The notes: generated by a model from the sequence alone, not told the origin. Counted from the first letter of the stretch, positions 24,428 to 39,821 are shown. The stretch: DNA of 64,000 nucleotides from Lama guanicoe (GCA_013239625.1 MU056000.1:14161787-14225786); one strand, 5' to 3'. Numbers and translations: made by a program.

Positions 24428-25559
24428 CTAGAGTAAATCTGTATCATATTAATCTCTTGTTATTAAGGAGAAAGATAATATCAATAAAGATCACTTCCAG
24501 ACGTGTGAAGGTAATAGGGTTGGAAGATGGTGAGTATTGGTAAATTAACACAGTAGATGAATCATTTTTCTCTCATTGAATTGTTACAAGCAATCACACT
24601 TTGCAAGGAGAGAGTGTTTTTTCTTTTCTTCCAGAGTAATTAATCTCATTTGTCTAATATAAAACTGCCAAGGAAATAGTTCAATAGGGGAGAATAAACA
24701 AAAAACATTTCTTGTTCTATTCATATTTCAGATGTGTTTTGCTTTAGCTTGGTCTACCAGAGCAGCATTAATATTTCTTTCCATCAAGTTGTGATATGGT
24801 TAAATGAGCTTGAAATTACTACAAAATGGTGCTTTTAAAAATGATCGAAATGTTCACAAATGCTAAATACAGAAGCATCAAACTTTTTTTCAGTTAAAGA
24901 ATTTTGTGGCTATTATGGGACATTAAGCCTGTCATGAGCATCAGATGCTATCATGTAGCTTGATATTATATCTTTGATCCTGTCAGATCTAAGTTTTTGA
25001 CATTAAAAAAAAAAACAACCCTCCTCCCTTTGTTGTTAACAGATCCTTGTTGACTTGTGACGAAAAAATGTAAAATCACTGAGAGGCTCTGTTCTACTTT
25101 GGTGAATTTACTTTTAATCTTACTTCTCTACCTGGGAATAGTCCTTTCATCTTGGGAAATTTGTTTAAACTCTTTTAACTCTCTGTGTTTAATTTTACTA
25201 GCCTTTGAAACATTTATTTTACCATTATTCTCCTGATGAATACATGAATAATTATTAAGGAAGCAAAAAAAGAAGCATTATATGTCTTTTTCTTTGTAGC
25301 ATTAAAAATGTTCAAGATGCTTCTGCGTCGTGAGCTATTTTTAGGGGAAGGAGAGAAAATTGATTTACCCCAAGTAAATTCCAGATTGCTATATTTTTAA
25401 GCCATTGGTAAACTACCCCTTTGCAATTTTTTTTTTTTTACACATAGATTTAGTGGCAGTTTTAATATGAATTCTATAGCAGTCCTTTAATAGTAAAGTA
25501 CCCTCTACTTGGCTCTGGGTAGACTGCGGCTGCTTTGAGCCACAGTGCACAGAGAAGGT

Positions 25560-25840
25560 GACTTACAAGTCTAGTTCTGGGACGTCTAATAAGCACCTTC
25601 CTCTCTGCTCTTTGAGCCCTTTGATGTAAGTCCTGGGACTCCTGTGACGCAAGGTGGCCCAAGTCACATGACAAGGCCATGTACCGGCATTCCAACTAAC
25701 AGACCCCGATGAACCCAGCCTTCACGTTGTCTCAGCTCTGACTTCCTGACCACAGAAACTGTGGACATAACAACAATGGTTGTCGCCTTACACCAATAAG
25801 CATGGGTTGTTTTGTTACACATCAGTAGATACCTAAAAAC
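25560..25840 (+). mobile_element. Old MaLR LTR fragment (MLT1H-J-like)
   Basis: cctgaccacagaaactgtggacataacaacaatggttgtc...gggttgttttgttacacatcagtagatacc. Confidence 0.7.
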
Positions 25841-27030
25841 GTTCTCTGTCGTAAACATCTTAGTTTCTTATATGTGAGTTGAGTCCACTTTCCCTTTGTT
25901 ACTGAAATTCCAACTTCACACATATAGGAGAAAAAAATGCAGAGCTGATGATTCTAGATTCTGGAGCCTAATGAAAACATAAGAAGACATCCTCATAGAC
26001 CAGTTATGAAAAAGCTGGATAGTCTTTTCATCCTCATCTCATATCTCTAACTCAGGCCAGTGAACTGAACTGGATAGTATATAAGCTGACAGTGCAGTTA
26101 TTTGTAAAGCCCTCAATATCGTGCTCAAAACCCTTTATCCATCTGAAGCATGCTTAAAGGATTCTCCATTGTATCAGAATGTTCTCTTCTCAAAAGGACA
26201 GCTCGTGAAAGCTTCACATGTAGACTACAGACCTTAGACTCCTGACAAGTGCCTGAAGCTGTTGTTCACCTCCTGTGCAAAAGTGGCTGCAGATCAAGGG
26301 CCACACCAGCTCCCAGGGAGACGCAGGATTGTTAAGTCTTGTGTTCTGTGCTGAACAGGCAAGAAGAGTATGCTTCAGAGTGAGACTAATAAAACAATGA
26401 TTTTCTTGGGGGCATTATCCAGTTGGTTCACATTTTATCATATGGAACATAACTTTCTTACGCTGAATAAAGCTATAAGTATAATGGTTTTTCAATCATG
26501 ATTTTATAACACTTACAAACAGTAAAAAATAACACACTTCATTGACAGGAGAAATGATTATAGGAGAGGTAAGCCTCCAGACGTATGCGCTTTTGATACC
26601 GGATTCTTTTCCCTAAACCAAAAATCCAGCATCTGTTCTCTCCTCTCTTTCCCTATTCAAGTTTACTCTACTTTTAAAATAGCCCCTAGCATTATTTTCT
26701 ATTTCCCCATTATTTTTATATTCTTCAAGTTACAGCAGATTGCATTTTGATTGGATGTTAGGAACCATCTAATAATTTAAGGTTAAAATCCACCTTAGTA
26801 TAGGAAGCAAAGAAATAACTTAGATGAAGGCAGCTGGGTGAGCAGAAGAAAACAGAGGAGGTGACAGAAGAGAAGTGGGGGCCGAAGCAGAATCAAAAAA
26901 TCGAAAAGCACGCACATCCAACACTCCTCAAGGGGAATCCGCCTCGAACACTTCCCATATGCTCTCTCTGTCTGGCTCTCTCCGTGTAAAACACATCCTG
27001 CCAAGACTTGTAGGGGATTTAGGGACTCAC

Positions 27031-27079
27031 ATCTTTGCTCTTAACGTCCTTCGTAAGATATTTTAAATAATTTTTAAAG
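27031..27079 (-). CDS. Candidate 49-nt exon (phase 2->0, FKNYLKYLTKDVKSKD)
   Basis: - strand ttcatttttattatag|...GAT|gtgagt, with only one frame open. Confidence 0.35.
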
Positions 27080-27924
27080 CTATAATAAAAATGAAATGTC
27101 AAATATGGTTTATACTAAGTTAATACCTGGGCAAACATTGATTCACTGTGAATTAATTCCAGTTAACTTACTTTTGTGCTGACCTCGGAGTAGAGCTGCT
27201 TCAACCATCCCCCTTTAATTGTATCCTGAGTTTGCTAAGTATGGTCTTAAAACGCTGACTACGGGTAATTACTTCCGTTTTGTAATTACAATTTTCTCAA
27301 TTTTAAAAAGCAAAGCAAAACAAAGCAAAAGGAGACTTTGGAGACTGAAGTTAACACAAGACTAACATTTTTGCTCATAAGCCTCAGTTTTCAATTTTTA
27401 TGTCAATCAAAACAGTCTCATTTTTCTAATTGAATGACTATGAATTATAGGTAATAAAATTTTCTCTCAAGTATGATTTTATTGCTTCAATTTATTTTCT
27501 ATGTAATGAGTCTACAAAAGATTTGGTATAGCATGAGGTTTTCTTTTGCTACCAAAATGAAAACCAATGATTCAATTTCCAAATTTTATTTACTGTTTTT
27601 GGTACTTTTGTTGGTTTCTTTTTCTTTTGGAGAAGCGATGCCCAAGGATTTCAAATTTTCATGTCTAGGAATCAAGTTAATTATTTAAAAAATGTTATAA
27701 AAGTAACTTTTACTTTCCAAAAAGAAAACATAAGCCTAAGCAAGGCCATATTTAAATGAAGGGGCCAAGTAGCTAGACCATACCCTGATTAACCTAAAAA
27801 TTGTTTTATTCGTTAAAAAAAGGAAAAAAAATTAAATTGATTGCTGCAGGATGGTTTGTCATTTGGCACACTATTGGGAGTTTTATATCGAGTATTTCTT
27901 GTGTTTTGACTTCTCTAGAGTATA

Positions 27925-28660
27925 TAATAACAACAGCTACTAATGGTTATTGAGTGCTAATCGTGTAATCAATAACCAAAGGGCTTATGATTTTACCCTG
28001 CTTCCAAGTTAAGTTAACCTGCTTACAAGTTTTCATAAATGGTGGCATATGACATGGGACCCCTAACTCAGAGACAAAGGGCATCATTACTCTGAACACA
28101 GCAAGTGGCGTAAGCTTCATATTCACATTAGTTCCCCTTGCCCCATGGGTGTCATGGGGACCAGTGAACCAGCTCCTGTGTATGCTGCACGTGCATACAC
28201 ATCCTAAGGGACCCCAAGTTTAGAAAACCCCAATCTTTAAAAGCTGGCTCTTAGTAGACACCAGCATGGAGACATTATCTTTATTACACTGCTCAGGAAA
28301 TAAATCTTTACTCTTCCTTAAAGAGAGATCCGATCTTTATGATCTATGGTCTATCTGTCTCTGATCTATGGTTTATATACAGATATCAGTGCTTTCTTGC
28401 TCACAAGATGTGCAGAAACATACACGAGTCAAAGAGTTCTTTCCCCAAGTATGTTCCAGGTAGCATGCTAAGAAGTTTATGTGTAATAACTTGATTCATC
28501 CTCAGCAGACGCTATAAGGTAGTTTTGACTCTTGTCCTCACCTTATAGAAAAGACTAAGTAACTCGCCCAACACTGGGCGCCCATCTGTGGGAAGGGCTT
28601 GGTGAAGAACTGAGTTCAACTTGGGAAGTCTCTGACTCTAGATACTAAACTCTTAACCTA
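27925..28660 (-). mobile_element. Antisense MIR split by an ERVL LTR
   Basis: ataacaacagctactaatggttattgagtgct resumes as tatgttccaggtagcatgctaag...tctgactctagatactaaactcttaacc. Confidence 0.7.
27964..28449 (-). mobile_element. ERVL solo LTR (MER76-like)
   Basis: tcagagacaaagg, agcttcatattcacattagttccccttgcccc, gagacattatctttattacactg and gctcacaagatgtgcagaaac. Confidence 0.7.
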
Positions 28661-29884
28661 TACGGACTCTTTAAATGTATAAATGCAGCCCATACCTTAG
28701 CAATATTAATAACATAAAATATTGTCTTTAATATTAAAGATATATGAGTCTGAAACAAAGTATGAACACATAGATATAAGAAAAATTATTGATACATATT
28801 ATTTTAGTAAAAACACATTTTGGTGAATGCCACTGCAGGTTAGCTGCCTTCTAATGAAGGAATGAAATTTTGTCAAGACTATATATATAAAAAAATCTGA
28901 CATGGATAAAGAAGCACTTGAGAAACTGAGTCTCAATGTATCCCTAAGAATACTGAACAACGTGTATGATACATATATTTATTAAGCTCGTAAACAAGTC
29001 GCAAGCCTCTACTCTGTCTCTGACCCAAGAGATAACATGCCTTTTCTAAATTCTGCTTTATTCTGATTCTGAGCCTTTCGACATAGAATTTGGCTACTGA
29101 GCCTATGAGAGATTTCATGTTTATTAAACCCATTCTATTTTATTGTGTTTATTTGAGATAAATCTATTTATTTACACAACTTGCTCTTTGATCGTGCAGA
29201 GCTCCTAAAAACACAGCATGCCAGGCCCTACGCTGCATGATTTATTGCCATGGAGAAGCTCAAGCAATATCCAAACACGGTAACAAGGACAAAAGCTTCA
29301 CTTCACTCCAGATTACTTGCAAAGAACCCCCATGGCTTTCAGTGGCTGCGTTCCAAAGACACTTACACCAAATTAAATTGCATCCAAATATTGAAAACAA
29401 ATATTATTGAAAGAGGATTTGACTAAATATGCTGCTCACCAAGGTGTTTTTTTTCCCTCAGTACTAGAAACTATTGATACAAATGCATTGATGTTTGTAC
29501 GCAGTGAGAACAGGGCCAGACATGGAAAGCTTTACATAAAAATTATATGAGTTTGGTAAATAAAAGACAGGAACCCTAGACATTGGCAAGGCTATTTACT
29601 TCTGTATTTGATTTACAAATTTCCAAACATTACACAAATTTTACATGGAAAAAAATGAACTATTTCCCAAAATGTTCTGTAGAACATGTATGTCCAAATA
29701 CATGACACTTGCATGCAAGGGCAGAATATATTTAAAGAAAGAAATGAACAGTGGCTAAGAATAGCAAAAGCGAGCAAAATACTAGAAAGAGATGAAGGAT
29801 TGGGCTTGGGAAGATAAGAGTCTGAAGCTGGTATTTCAATGAATTGCCCGTCAGCTGAACGCAAACCTTGAAAACTCAGGATCT

Positions 29885-30040
29885 GTTAATAAACCTACTG
29901 ACTGTTTACTGAGCTGTCAGGTTCTGCTAAGCTCTTTCCACGTGTCACCCTGTTTAAGCTCACCACAGCCTTGTATGTGGGAACTATTATCCCACTACAT
30001 AGCCAAGTACATTTAGTCACAGGCAATTTCAGAAACTGAG
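29885..30040 (-). mobile_element. Antisense MIR
   Basis: tttactgagc...tgctaagctctttcca...tttaagctcaccacagccttg...actattatcccact. Confidence 0.6.
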
Positions 30041-32399
30041 TTGAAAGAGACTTAGCATTTTTCTTCTTCTTCTTTTTTTTTTTTTTTCAGATTTCAGCCT
30101 CTCATACAAGTGGTTTCCATCCTTAAAATACAGAGGACATGAGTGTCCATAACATTCCTCAGAATGTCATTGAACACTGTAACAAGATTTCCCTAACTTT
30201 TTATAATCAACAGTCTCTAGGCTGGCCAAGTACAGGGTTGTTCATGTTTCCCACTATCAATGGAAAAGAAAAGAGGCCTTTACCCATCTTTGTGAAAAAC
30301 TTTCATAGTTATGAGTCACCAGTTCTTCCCCTTATCAGTACCAGACAACTCAGAGTATAGGCTTGTGAATCAAATTACTTAATCATGTAAGCTTAGTTTG
30401 GCATCAGACATAGCCACTGAGGGCCCCTCAATGCTCCATGCTGCATGTGAGCAGAAGAAAGCTCCTATACACGTAGACACAGAGGCATCAGGAAAGACAC
30501 CGACTCACAAGACTGGCTCAAATGTTCTCTGTGGGAAATGGGAACAAGCCATACAAAGGAAGCCATTTGTGTAACAGGGATCCTAGGGCAACTGTAATGA
30601 GAAGTGATGGGAGTAGAGATGGATGTTTAGGTAGCACCAGTCTACAATACAACAGAAAGACAGCACTATAGACACAGGGCACTTTCAGGCATTTACAATT
30701 TGCTCTGTCCATCAGTTTCTAATTTTGCTGCATGTAGTATTAGGTCTACATAAGTACACATACGTGCTGGGTTGCAGGGAACCTGATTTTCTAACTCACC
30801 CAGAGTCGGCATGCACGAGTTACTTACTGAATGAATAAATGGATGAAACAATTCATGAGCAAGTGATCATCTTGACTAGTTCTCAGCATTGTTCTCTTCA
30901 GATTCTGAAACCCAGAAATCGGGAATCACCTGCATGGTATTTAACGCCTGATTTACAAATAAGTTTAAATAAAGACCCTTAGGTGTCAGCCTTACGTCTC
31001 GGAGTGCTACTGCGACTACCTTAAGCTGAGTTTTGTAGACTAAGTCCTACCTCTCATTTGCACTCTTTCTACAAATTTGGAATCAGCCAAACTTATTTAT
31101 ATAGGCTGAATTTTCATATTATCTCCACACATGCATACACACTGAAGAAGCAGAGACAACATAGGAGTAAAGGAGGAGGTGAAAAGAAAAGGAAAATAAC
31201 TGGGAACAGGGAACAGCCAATTATAAAATAATAAATCCTCCCAGTCCATGAAAATGTGAAAATGATGGGGCAGGCCTGTCGTCTACAGCAGCATTTCATC
31301 TGCTATCATCTCATCAGTCAGGTAAGAAATATTGATCAGGTGGTTACCATCTAAGAGACTCCACAGAGCTGCCCAGGGACACTCGTGCTTGAGAAGAGAA
31401 GTAAAAGGGTAATAAGGGCAAAGAGTTCAGAGCAACTTGACGACAAGAGGCCCCGTGTGCTGACCAAGGCAGCGAGCTGCATGAAAGTCAGTCACAGCTC
31501 TGCCACCCAGTTTATAAAACACACTTTGCTTGTATCATGTACAATCCATCACTTATTTAACGAACACCAAGGCCATCATTGTTTCAAAAAGCTAAACAAC
31601 TCCAAAATAGAACAAATCAACAATCCAGACCTGAAGAGTATGCTGTATTTTAATAGCAGAAACAAATCAAAACACATAATAAAGAAAAATATATCTGAGA
31701 AAATTTATTTTTTAAATCTAAGAATAAAAAAATCGTCTGAGAATAAAATCGTGATCAAGGCTTTGTCATATATTACATTTCAATGCATATTCCATACTAA
31801 AGACTGAAATATTTAGCTAGACAAATAATGTTAGACACACCATGCCAATGAACTCACATGGGGTACAGCATTTAGGTAAATTACATTACTAATTTTGTCA
31901 TACTTAAGAATTACTTAAGAATATCATAATCCTTCACATAGTGATTCCTGTTAGTTCAAATACAGGATTCTTCAATGATAATTTTATGTCTTCTCAATCT
32001 AATCTCAGTTGTGATTTCAGCTGTCAAAATAACTTCAACTTTAGTTAAAAACCTAACACATTTAAAGTTAAATTTTTCCTCTCTCAGATTTACAAGTCTT
32101 AAATGGGAAAAAAAAATCATTTCTGGTACTTGTCCTGATCCTTAACATTTTGACAAAGATTGTTTTCTGGACCTCTTTAATTTTTTATTAACTGGGGAAA
32201 AGACTATGTATTCTCCTGCTTTTAAGTGACAATTATTGCCTGAGCAATTTTTCTCTCTAGTATGTATCTACCCCTAAGGTAGACTAAGATGTTCAACTTC
32301 CAACAAGCCATTTCTACAAGGATCACTAATAGCATTTTCAGTTTTGATATTTCTTACCCCACTTCCCAAGTCTCCTTCTCTGGCATGCTCTCTGTCTGA

Positions 32400-32585
32400 G
32401 TAAGTGGTGAGTTTTCAACACCTAATTCCAACAGATATGAATTCCATGAGAGCAGAAACTATTTCTACCATTGCTAAATCCTAATTCATAGGATAACAAC
32501 TGGTGAAAATAGGTTCTAAACAGATATGATGAACAAAAGACAAATGAATGACAGAATGAATGAATCAAAGAATAAGTGAATAATT
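32400..32585 (+). mobile_element. LINE-2 3' tail
   Basis: aattccatgagagcagaaact...aatgaatgacagaatgaatgaa. Confidence 0.6.
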
Positions 32586-35300
32586 TCTGGGACATTTGAT
32601 TTGGGAACAGTTTACTGTGTTGGAGTATTTTTGCATCCTTCATGGTGGTAGAATGAGACAGGTCTGAGTTTATATGTAACACTCACTGCACTTCAGAATC
32701 CTAGACCTAAACATCCCTCTCCTAGGGATGAAGATGACCCAGTGGGTCCCTGTTCTACTTTTCCTAAATGTTTGGATACATTTGTGCACTAGCCTTCCCT
32801 TTCTAAGCAGTATGGGCAAATCATCTGCAAATGGATGGTTCTCTAAAGAATTCTTACTAACAGTGAAGCCTGAAACATGCCAGAGGAAATGTTTAAACAT
32901 TTTTTAAAAATGTCTGCTTTTTCTTCCATTTCATATTAACTAAAAAATAATGTCTGTGTAAACAGAGACAATGCACTGGAGAGATTCTGTTCAGAGAAAA
33001 TGTGACTTTGATGGGTGGATACAGAGGAGTCTTTACATAGGCACCATTTTTTTGCAAATACTTAGACCACAGAGACCATGTTTTCATTTTAATATATTCT
33101 TAACCTTGCACAGAAAAATGATAGGATCGAAAAGCTCTAGACCCTTGAGAGTGGGTAAATTCAGCTCTTTCCCATTATATTATATCCTTAGACCTATATT
33201 GCTCTGTTAAAATAATCCCAGATAAAAAGTGGGGGAGAAAACAATGGGCCCTTTATGTTTATAATGAATTTATTTAGCATATTTTCCCACACCTAAATTG
33301 CTTTTGAAGACATAGCTAAATTTGTGTTCTTGGCCTCTGACTAGGTCTTTATCTTTAAACATCACTTCTAGTTTGGAAGTGGAGAAACAGAAATCAAGTT
33401 GTTTTTCCAAGGGGGGATTATTTTGCCCTTTATCCTGTACCTCCTAAAGGGAATGCCCTTCAGAAAACTTGGAGAGCTCTCACAGTTCATCGGCAGGTAA
33501 TGTTAATCACCAGCTTATTACATCTGGAGAGCAAGTTTACATGTACTGATCTTAACCTGGAAAGATGAGTATTAATATATTGTGGCTTGCCCATTTTTAG
33601 TATTTTCCCTGTATTTTCTATGGGTATTCTTAATTAGGCTAGGCTATTTGAGTTGAGACTTTTTTTTTTTAACTAAGGTAAGAAAAGAATGCTGCTGTAT
33701 CTCTCATTTGTAAACACTGAGCTAGATTTTAAGGACAGTCAGGAACTCTCTGGATGTTATTTCAGTGCTTGTTTTTATTGATGACTTTCTTTTTTTCGTC
33801 CTGATCGGTTTCATTTGATGGTGTAGTCACGTCTGTTAGCATTGTTGTTCCAAATGGTATAACTGGGGTGGTTATTATTTTCCAGTTTCTATAGATCACA
33901 TATAAGGTGTTACATCATCATAGGGATGGGAACTCATGTTTAGACAATCCAATATGCATTTAGTGTGATACCATGTAATGTGCCAGCCCTCTGCTTTCAG
34001 TTCTAATTCTGCTACTCTAGGTAACCCGCCAAATTGCTTTTGTTCTCTATGTCAGGCAATTGATTAAAATTTTGCTTTAAATGTGTTTTGAGTCATTTGT
34101 TGCTTTGCAAGTTTTAAACATCTGCCCTTAGGCTAAGAAACAGCAACAGATCCTTTTTGTTTTAGCTTTGTTTTTCGATAAGAAACACCTTCCAAGTGAA
34201 AGTTAAAGGGCATATCTTTTATTTGTAAAAGGATGAATTATATATGAGGTTTGTTTCTCTGGCTAAAAGTTTGTACAGAATATTGAAGAAAACAATTGAG
34301 AAAGTTCATATAGAAAGCCCTTTAGCCTAAACTGCTCTGTGAATTTTGTTTTTAAACACTGTATACTCTCTAACTAAAAGTTTGAGAGCCATGCAAAAAT
34401 GATTAAAAGTAATGTTATCTACACTTCTGTAACACGAATGGTCAAAGAGCCATTCTCACCTTTCAGCAAAACAAAGTTAATCAATACTTACAAGTACGCC
34501 ACAATTTTGCTTATTGGATTTTTTGTTAAAGAAAACAGTGAGGCTCTGGGATAAAATAAATGTTTGTATTTTTGGTAAAATTGTGGGATTCTTAAAATCA
34601 TAAACAAAAAATAAAATCATAAAATCATAAATGCAATAGCACTAAAGCTATTTTAGTAAACTCCCTGCTGAAATCTCCAAAAATATATGTTCGCTTTATT
34701 TACTTAGGATGTGAATACAAAATTCCTTTATGTTAAAAGATTTTAAAGTAAAATATAGAAGCTGTCAAATATGTCAGTTATGTAAGTTGACACTGAATAC
34801 AGACATAATAATAATTGTATATAGAGATTATTATTGGGACCTCACCTTCCAATCTACTTTTCATAGGGTAAGAATATCGCTGTATCAATAAGACTACATA
34901 TGTTATTTTCAAATAATCAAATATATGGATATATTACTAGAAAGGTTAAAACAATTCTTTGCTTTAAAATATCAAAATAATTTTTAGATTAACTACTTGA
35001 TTAGTTTAAACATCATAGAAGTTTAGAAAATTTCAATATCAAGGGTTTAAATGTTCATGATTAGACTGGTGAGGGACAGAAATTTGAAGAATTAAAGTCA
35101 GGGAGGAGCTATTGCAACAATATAATAAGAGTTACAGAAAAAGGTCAGGCCTGGATACTTATCCCACATTCACTGGTTTAGGCAATAGTTTTAATTTTGT
35201 ATAATAATTTATCTTGAGCCCTTGACAAGTAATAGGAACTGACATTCTTGAAAAGAAATTAGCATGGAGTTTTTAAGGGAGAGGTGAAAATATGACTTAC

Positions 35301-35353
35301 CTAAGGGCCCGATGTGCGTGAGGCGCAGTGGTTGAACAGAGTTAAAATGAATG
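35301..35353 (-). CDS. Candidate 53-nt exon (phase 2->1 IHFNSVQPLRLTHIGPL, or phase 1 FILTLFNHCASRTSGP*)
   Basis: - strand ttttctctttctggtattag|...TTAG|gtaagt (consensus donor). Locally GC/CpG-rich against an AT-rich background. Confidence 0.5.
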
Positions 35354-37719
35354 CTAATACCAGAAAGAGAAAATCTGAATAATACTGGCAGAATATGAAT
35401 ATTGTTTTCATTTATTTTTGGTTGTAAATATGTTATATATAGAAAGACAACGTGCATAAACATACAACCATACACACATGCATACAGACTGACGTACACA
35501 CACTCAGAAAACACATACAACTTCAAGAAAAATACAAGCAAACAATAACCTGTCCTCACTACGGGAAGTGCATATTTCTTATTCTATTTCTCTTGATTGT
35601 TCTTAAGGAGGGCGGGGGTGGGAGGAATGAGACTACCTCTTTAAGATATTATGGCCCTGAAGAACAAGAAAGTTTCAAAAGTTTCTTACAGTTAAACAAT
35701 GGATGCACAGACCCTAATTTTGTTAGTCGTTGTATAAAAACAACTCATTTTATAGAGCTCACACCACGAAGCAGTGAAATACAGAAAACATGTGGAATAT
35801 CCCAACCCTATGACAAAAGGAAGAAAGAAGTTTGAGGGATTGGGGACCCAGTGACACTGGGTGACAGAAAACTTACTCTGTCATCATGGTTTACTTTCAT
35901 TTCTATCATTTGGATTGTAGCCTTCCTGACTGAGAAACCAAGGCTAGTTTGAAAATTATTACTGTTATTATTACATCAGACATCTGAGAGTCAATAACTG
36001 ATAGAGGATGCCAAGCTTCAGTAGTTAGACACATGATCATACAGTGTACTCCATATCACAATAAGATATATAATTTTGTTATTCCATTTTCAAACTAGAA
36101 GAGCAAAAATTATCAAAATAAATTGTGAAGGTCAAGAAAAAGTTAAGAGCATGTCTTTCTATTATTCTTGTAGCATATGTATTTTTAGTTACCATATACA
36201 ATACCTCAGCAAACTGATTTTTCATGCCATACTTTGCTTCTAAAATAATTCTCAGGACATAAAGTGTATATCTGGGTGCTTTTAGATGGTACTGATCAGA
36301 TTTTTTAGAAAAAAATAAACAACCTTGGCTATTATATGCTTTTTAAAGTCAAAAAGATACGCTATGTAAGAACAGGTTCTCATAAAAAATTCACTAGTAG
36401 GTAGAAAAGATGAATTTGATTTTTTAATGTATTTAAACACATTTTGAGTAAGCTTTCTTTATACATTTTTTAGAAGTTAGAATTAAAGTGGAATGTCTTC
36501 TTGTTATACACCAGGAAAATAAATATTTTTTTAAAGAATACTAATAATAGTTTCAGATAAAAGTAATTGGTTTTTCATAATTGAAAATCCTTTGTTTCCA
36601 ATGAAAATCAAAACATTGCCAGTAAAATTTATTTGAAATAAGCTTTTGAACAGCAATCCAAAAGTTAATTTTTCTTCCCTACTTTAGATCTAGTGCTGGT
36701 AGATAGTGTGTTTTTAAATATGATTCATGAAGTAAACATCTCTATCATTTACGAAATTCAATAAAAATGTTAACTGTCTTAAAATTATAAGCAACCAATA
36801 AAGCCAGTCTAACACTTTATTATATTTTAGTGTTTAATTTGGATGAATATATCTATTTTTCATAGATAATAACCCAGGTTTACTTAGTTTTAAGGCCAAC
36901 TTTACTACAGCATTAAAGATGAAATAGCATCTAATTTTTTAATTATCAATAAGTATAATGAAAGTGGAGACTTAATTTTTGATGTAATTTTCTGCCCTAA
37001 TTATATTTGTAACTATGTGTGCACTAATTACGAATTAAAGCATGATGTTAGAAAAGTACTTTCTCTTTTAAAGAATGACTAGACCTAACCCCAACTTTCT
37101 TTCCATCCCTGGGACAGGATTCAAATTTTTATACTGAAAAGCAAAGCTTTCATTTCAAATGATGTAACGGTATATTATTAGAAGTTATTTTGAATGGTTA
37201 AATTTAGGACTCTGGGGGGAAAAAAGCTCAAAGTATCATAAAATTTCCAGTAATTTGTGACCTGGAAAAAAGTCCTATCCAGATAAAGAACTTTTAAGAT
37301 TGCATTTCTGTGAAATACTAAATAAAAACCAATTTGTTTAAGTCTAGTAATTCTTTCTTCTATTTTCATTATTTACTTCTCTTGTACAGGCAAAAAGCAT
37401 AGCTCCCAGACCTTTGACAAGTTTTGAGTGATTGTGCAAGAAATGCTGAAAGTTTTCAACATTTGCATCTTCTTTTATCAATCTGGCACTTAAAAAAAAT
37501 TTTATATATAGACTAGTAATTTTGTTTTAACTTTATTTTATAACATAATTTTAAAAAGGAAGTGGAATATTGTTATAGTTAACTTCTGAAGATAAAATCT
37601 CTCATTCACATGATAGCCATTCAAATGAAACATGAAGTAAATATTCATAGTAATAATATATAAAAAATGTTTTTTTCAATAAGTCATGTAGGTTCCAGAT
37701 ATTGTAAACATATAGTTTC

Positions 37720-38330
37720 CATATGTCCCCATCTCCTCTGCCATCTTCTAGTCTACACCAGAACCATCTCTCTCTTAAGTCATTACATTATTCTCCTAAC
37801 TAAAGATGTTCAGTCTTCAGCTAGTGTCCCCCATCCCATTCTCTGCACATCAACCAGACCACTATGATGCATCCAGATACTAGGGTGTATCTGATGGTGG
37901 CACAACCCTTTTCATGGACCTGCATTTAGAAAAAAGAAATCCAAATTCATTATTTGGCTTACCTAGCGCTATATAAGCCAATTCCTATACACAACTCCAA
38001 ATTCTCTTATTTGTACCTCATTCATGCAAGTTTTTTTCATTTCCTCCAACTGATCAAGACCCGTCCTGAATCGTACGCCTGCTGGCCTACATATTGAGAG
38101 GCTCTAGTTCCTTCTCAGTTTTCGTGGCACCCTCCAACAGCACTGCCTCACAGAGGGATTCTCCAACCACCTGTTTACCACGAGGCCCCTCCTCCAGTAC
38201 CTTTTCTCCAAGCACCTGTATATTTCCTTCATCGCATTTACCAATAAATAATGCTCTGCAATTATTTTGTATTGTTTGTTCGCTTATCTTTCCCCAAGTT
38301 TAATTCAAGACACAGAATGCAGGGTCTATA
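37720..38330 (+). mobile_element. LINE-2 fragment
   Basis: accatctctctc, ccattctctgcacatcaaccaga and aagaaatccaaattcatta. Confidence 0.65.
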
Positions 38331-38429
38331 TTCTTAGGTTGTTTGTTTACTTTTATATTTCTAATTTTTTTGCAGGATTCACTATATTCTCAATATGTTA
38401 TTCCCATAATAAAAGGGTGTTAAAAAATC

Positions 38430-38555
38430 AAAATGATTCAAAGAGAATTAACAACTTCTTAAAGGTCATACAATAAGCATGTGGTTGAGACAGGATTGAA
38501 CACAGATGGTCTGACTTCACTGCTCTTGATCTGAACATCTACTCTGAACTGCCCC
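38430..38555 (-). mobile_element. Antisense MIR fragment
   Basis: aagagaattaacaacttcttaaaggtcatacaataagc...gacaggattgaacacagatggtctgact. Confidence 0.65.
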
Positions 38556-39821
38556 CTAATTATGTTAAGAACTTCCTCAGCCATCCTGGCTATCTCCTTT
38601 GTTTTTCAAGTGAGGAAAGAGGGTGAGTTATTGACATAATTACCTAAGAATGTATTTCCAGCACATTGAGAAATTGTGATTGATATGAATGTCCTATCTT
38701 TCCAGTCATGCTCATTCACAACACTGTACTGTTCCCTTCAGACTGAACCCCTGGAGTTCCACGTGGGCCTAGATATGGCAGTTGTGTTAAGGTCCAAGGC
38801 ATGAGGTCATGAACAGGGAGGTGGATTTCAAATGGGAAATTAGACACAGAAATCGGTTGAACAATGGTCCAGCATGAAGAAGTATATTAAGGCAGGGAAC
38901 AAGATAGTTACTATCTGTGCCAAGGTCAGAGGTCCCGTGCGCCAACAGTACTGAAATTTCAGGAGGAAATGGACTCCTTTTTGGAAGAAGAATTTGCAGA
39001 ATTCAGTGAGGCTACTTCTTCTGAATTGAGTCAGATATGATTTCCCTTCAACAGATTCTCATCCTTATCTGAAATAAGCTAAATCAGCCTCAAACTGCTT
39101 AAAGCCTTGACCCCGGAAAATAAGTACGGGCTACCTCAGCTACTGAATCACTGACAGTCGAATGCTAAAACATTGCCGTTGAGAAGAGACTCTCGGGCCC
39201 TGGATTTAAGGGTGAAGGATCTTTATTTTACGAGCTATCTTTCCATAAAGTATTCAAATTTCCCACAGAAAACATGTCCATTTTAAAACTTTCTCAAGGG
39301 TAATTTTGATCATTATTTTTGGCTTTTAATCTACCATTTGACTAATATTTTCCTGAAATAAGTCAAACCCACAACCTGAGTCCTTCCAAATGGATTCCAC
39401 AAGGCTGACAGATGTCACGTTTTTGCCTCTTGTTGACCTGCCTTCCTTGAAGCTTGCTGGAGACAGATTAAGGAATAAGACTTTGGTTTGGTATCAGATC
39501 AAAAGCCAGGGCAAAGTTTGAGTAGAAAACAGAAGTTAAGGCAAAAGTATGAGGCAAACCTCAGTTGCACAGACAGTACCAAGAAACGCCCTGACCCTTC
39601 AGACAGAAGCAATCAAGACAGAAGTTGAACTGGAAATTTCTGACGTTGATGGGGATTAATTACTAGCACATACCAATTTCAGGATTTGGAAATGAGACTG
39701 AGTAGCCATAACATAGATGATCAGAGTACTTTTTGACAATCTCTACTCGATGAGACACATGCTTCAAGACAGCATGAGCTCATTTGTAGATTAGTTTATT
39801 GTAAGGAGATAATTTTACAAA

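Noticed and set aside
31385..31807. 140-aa + strand ORF
   Set aside because: Non-ATG start, A-rich composition, no splice or homology support.
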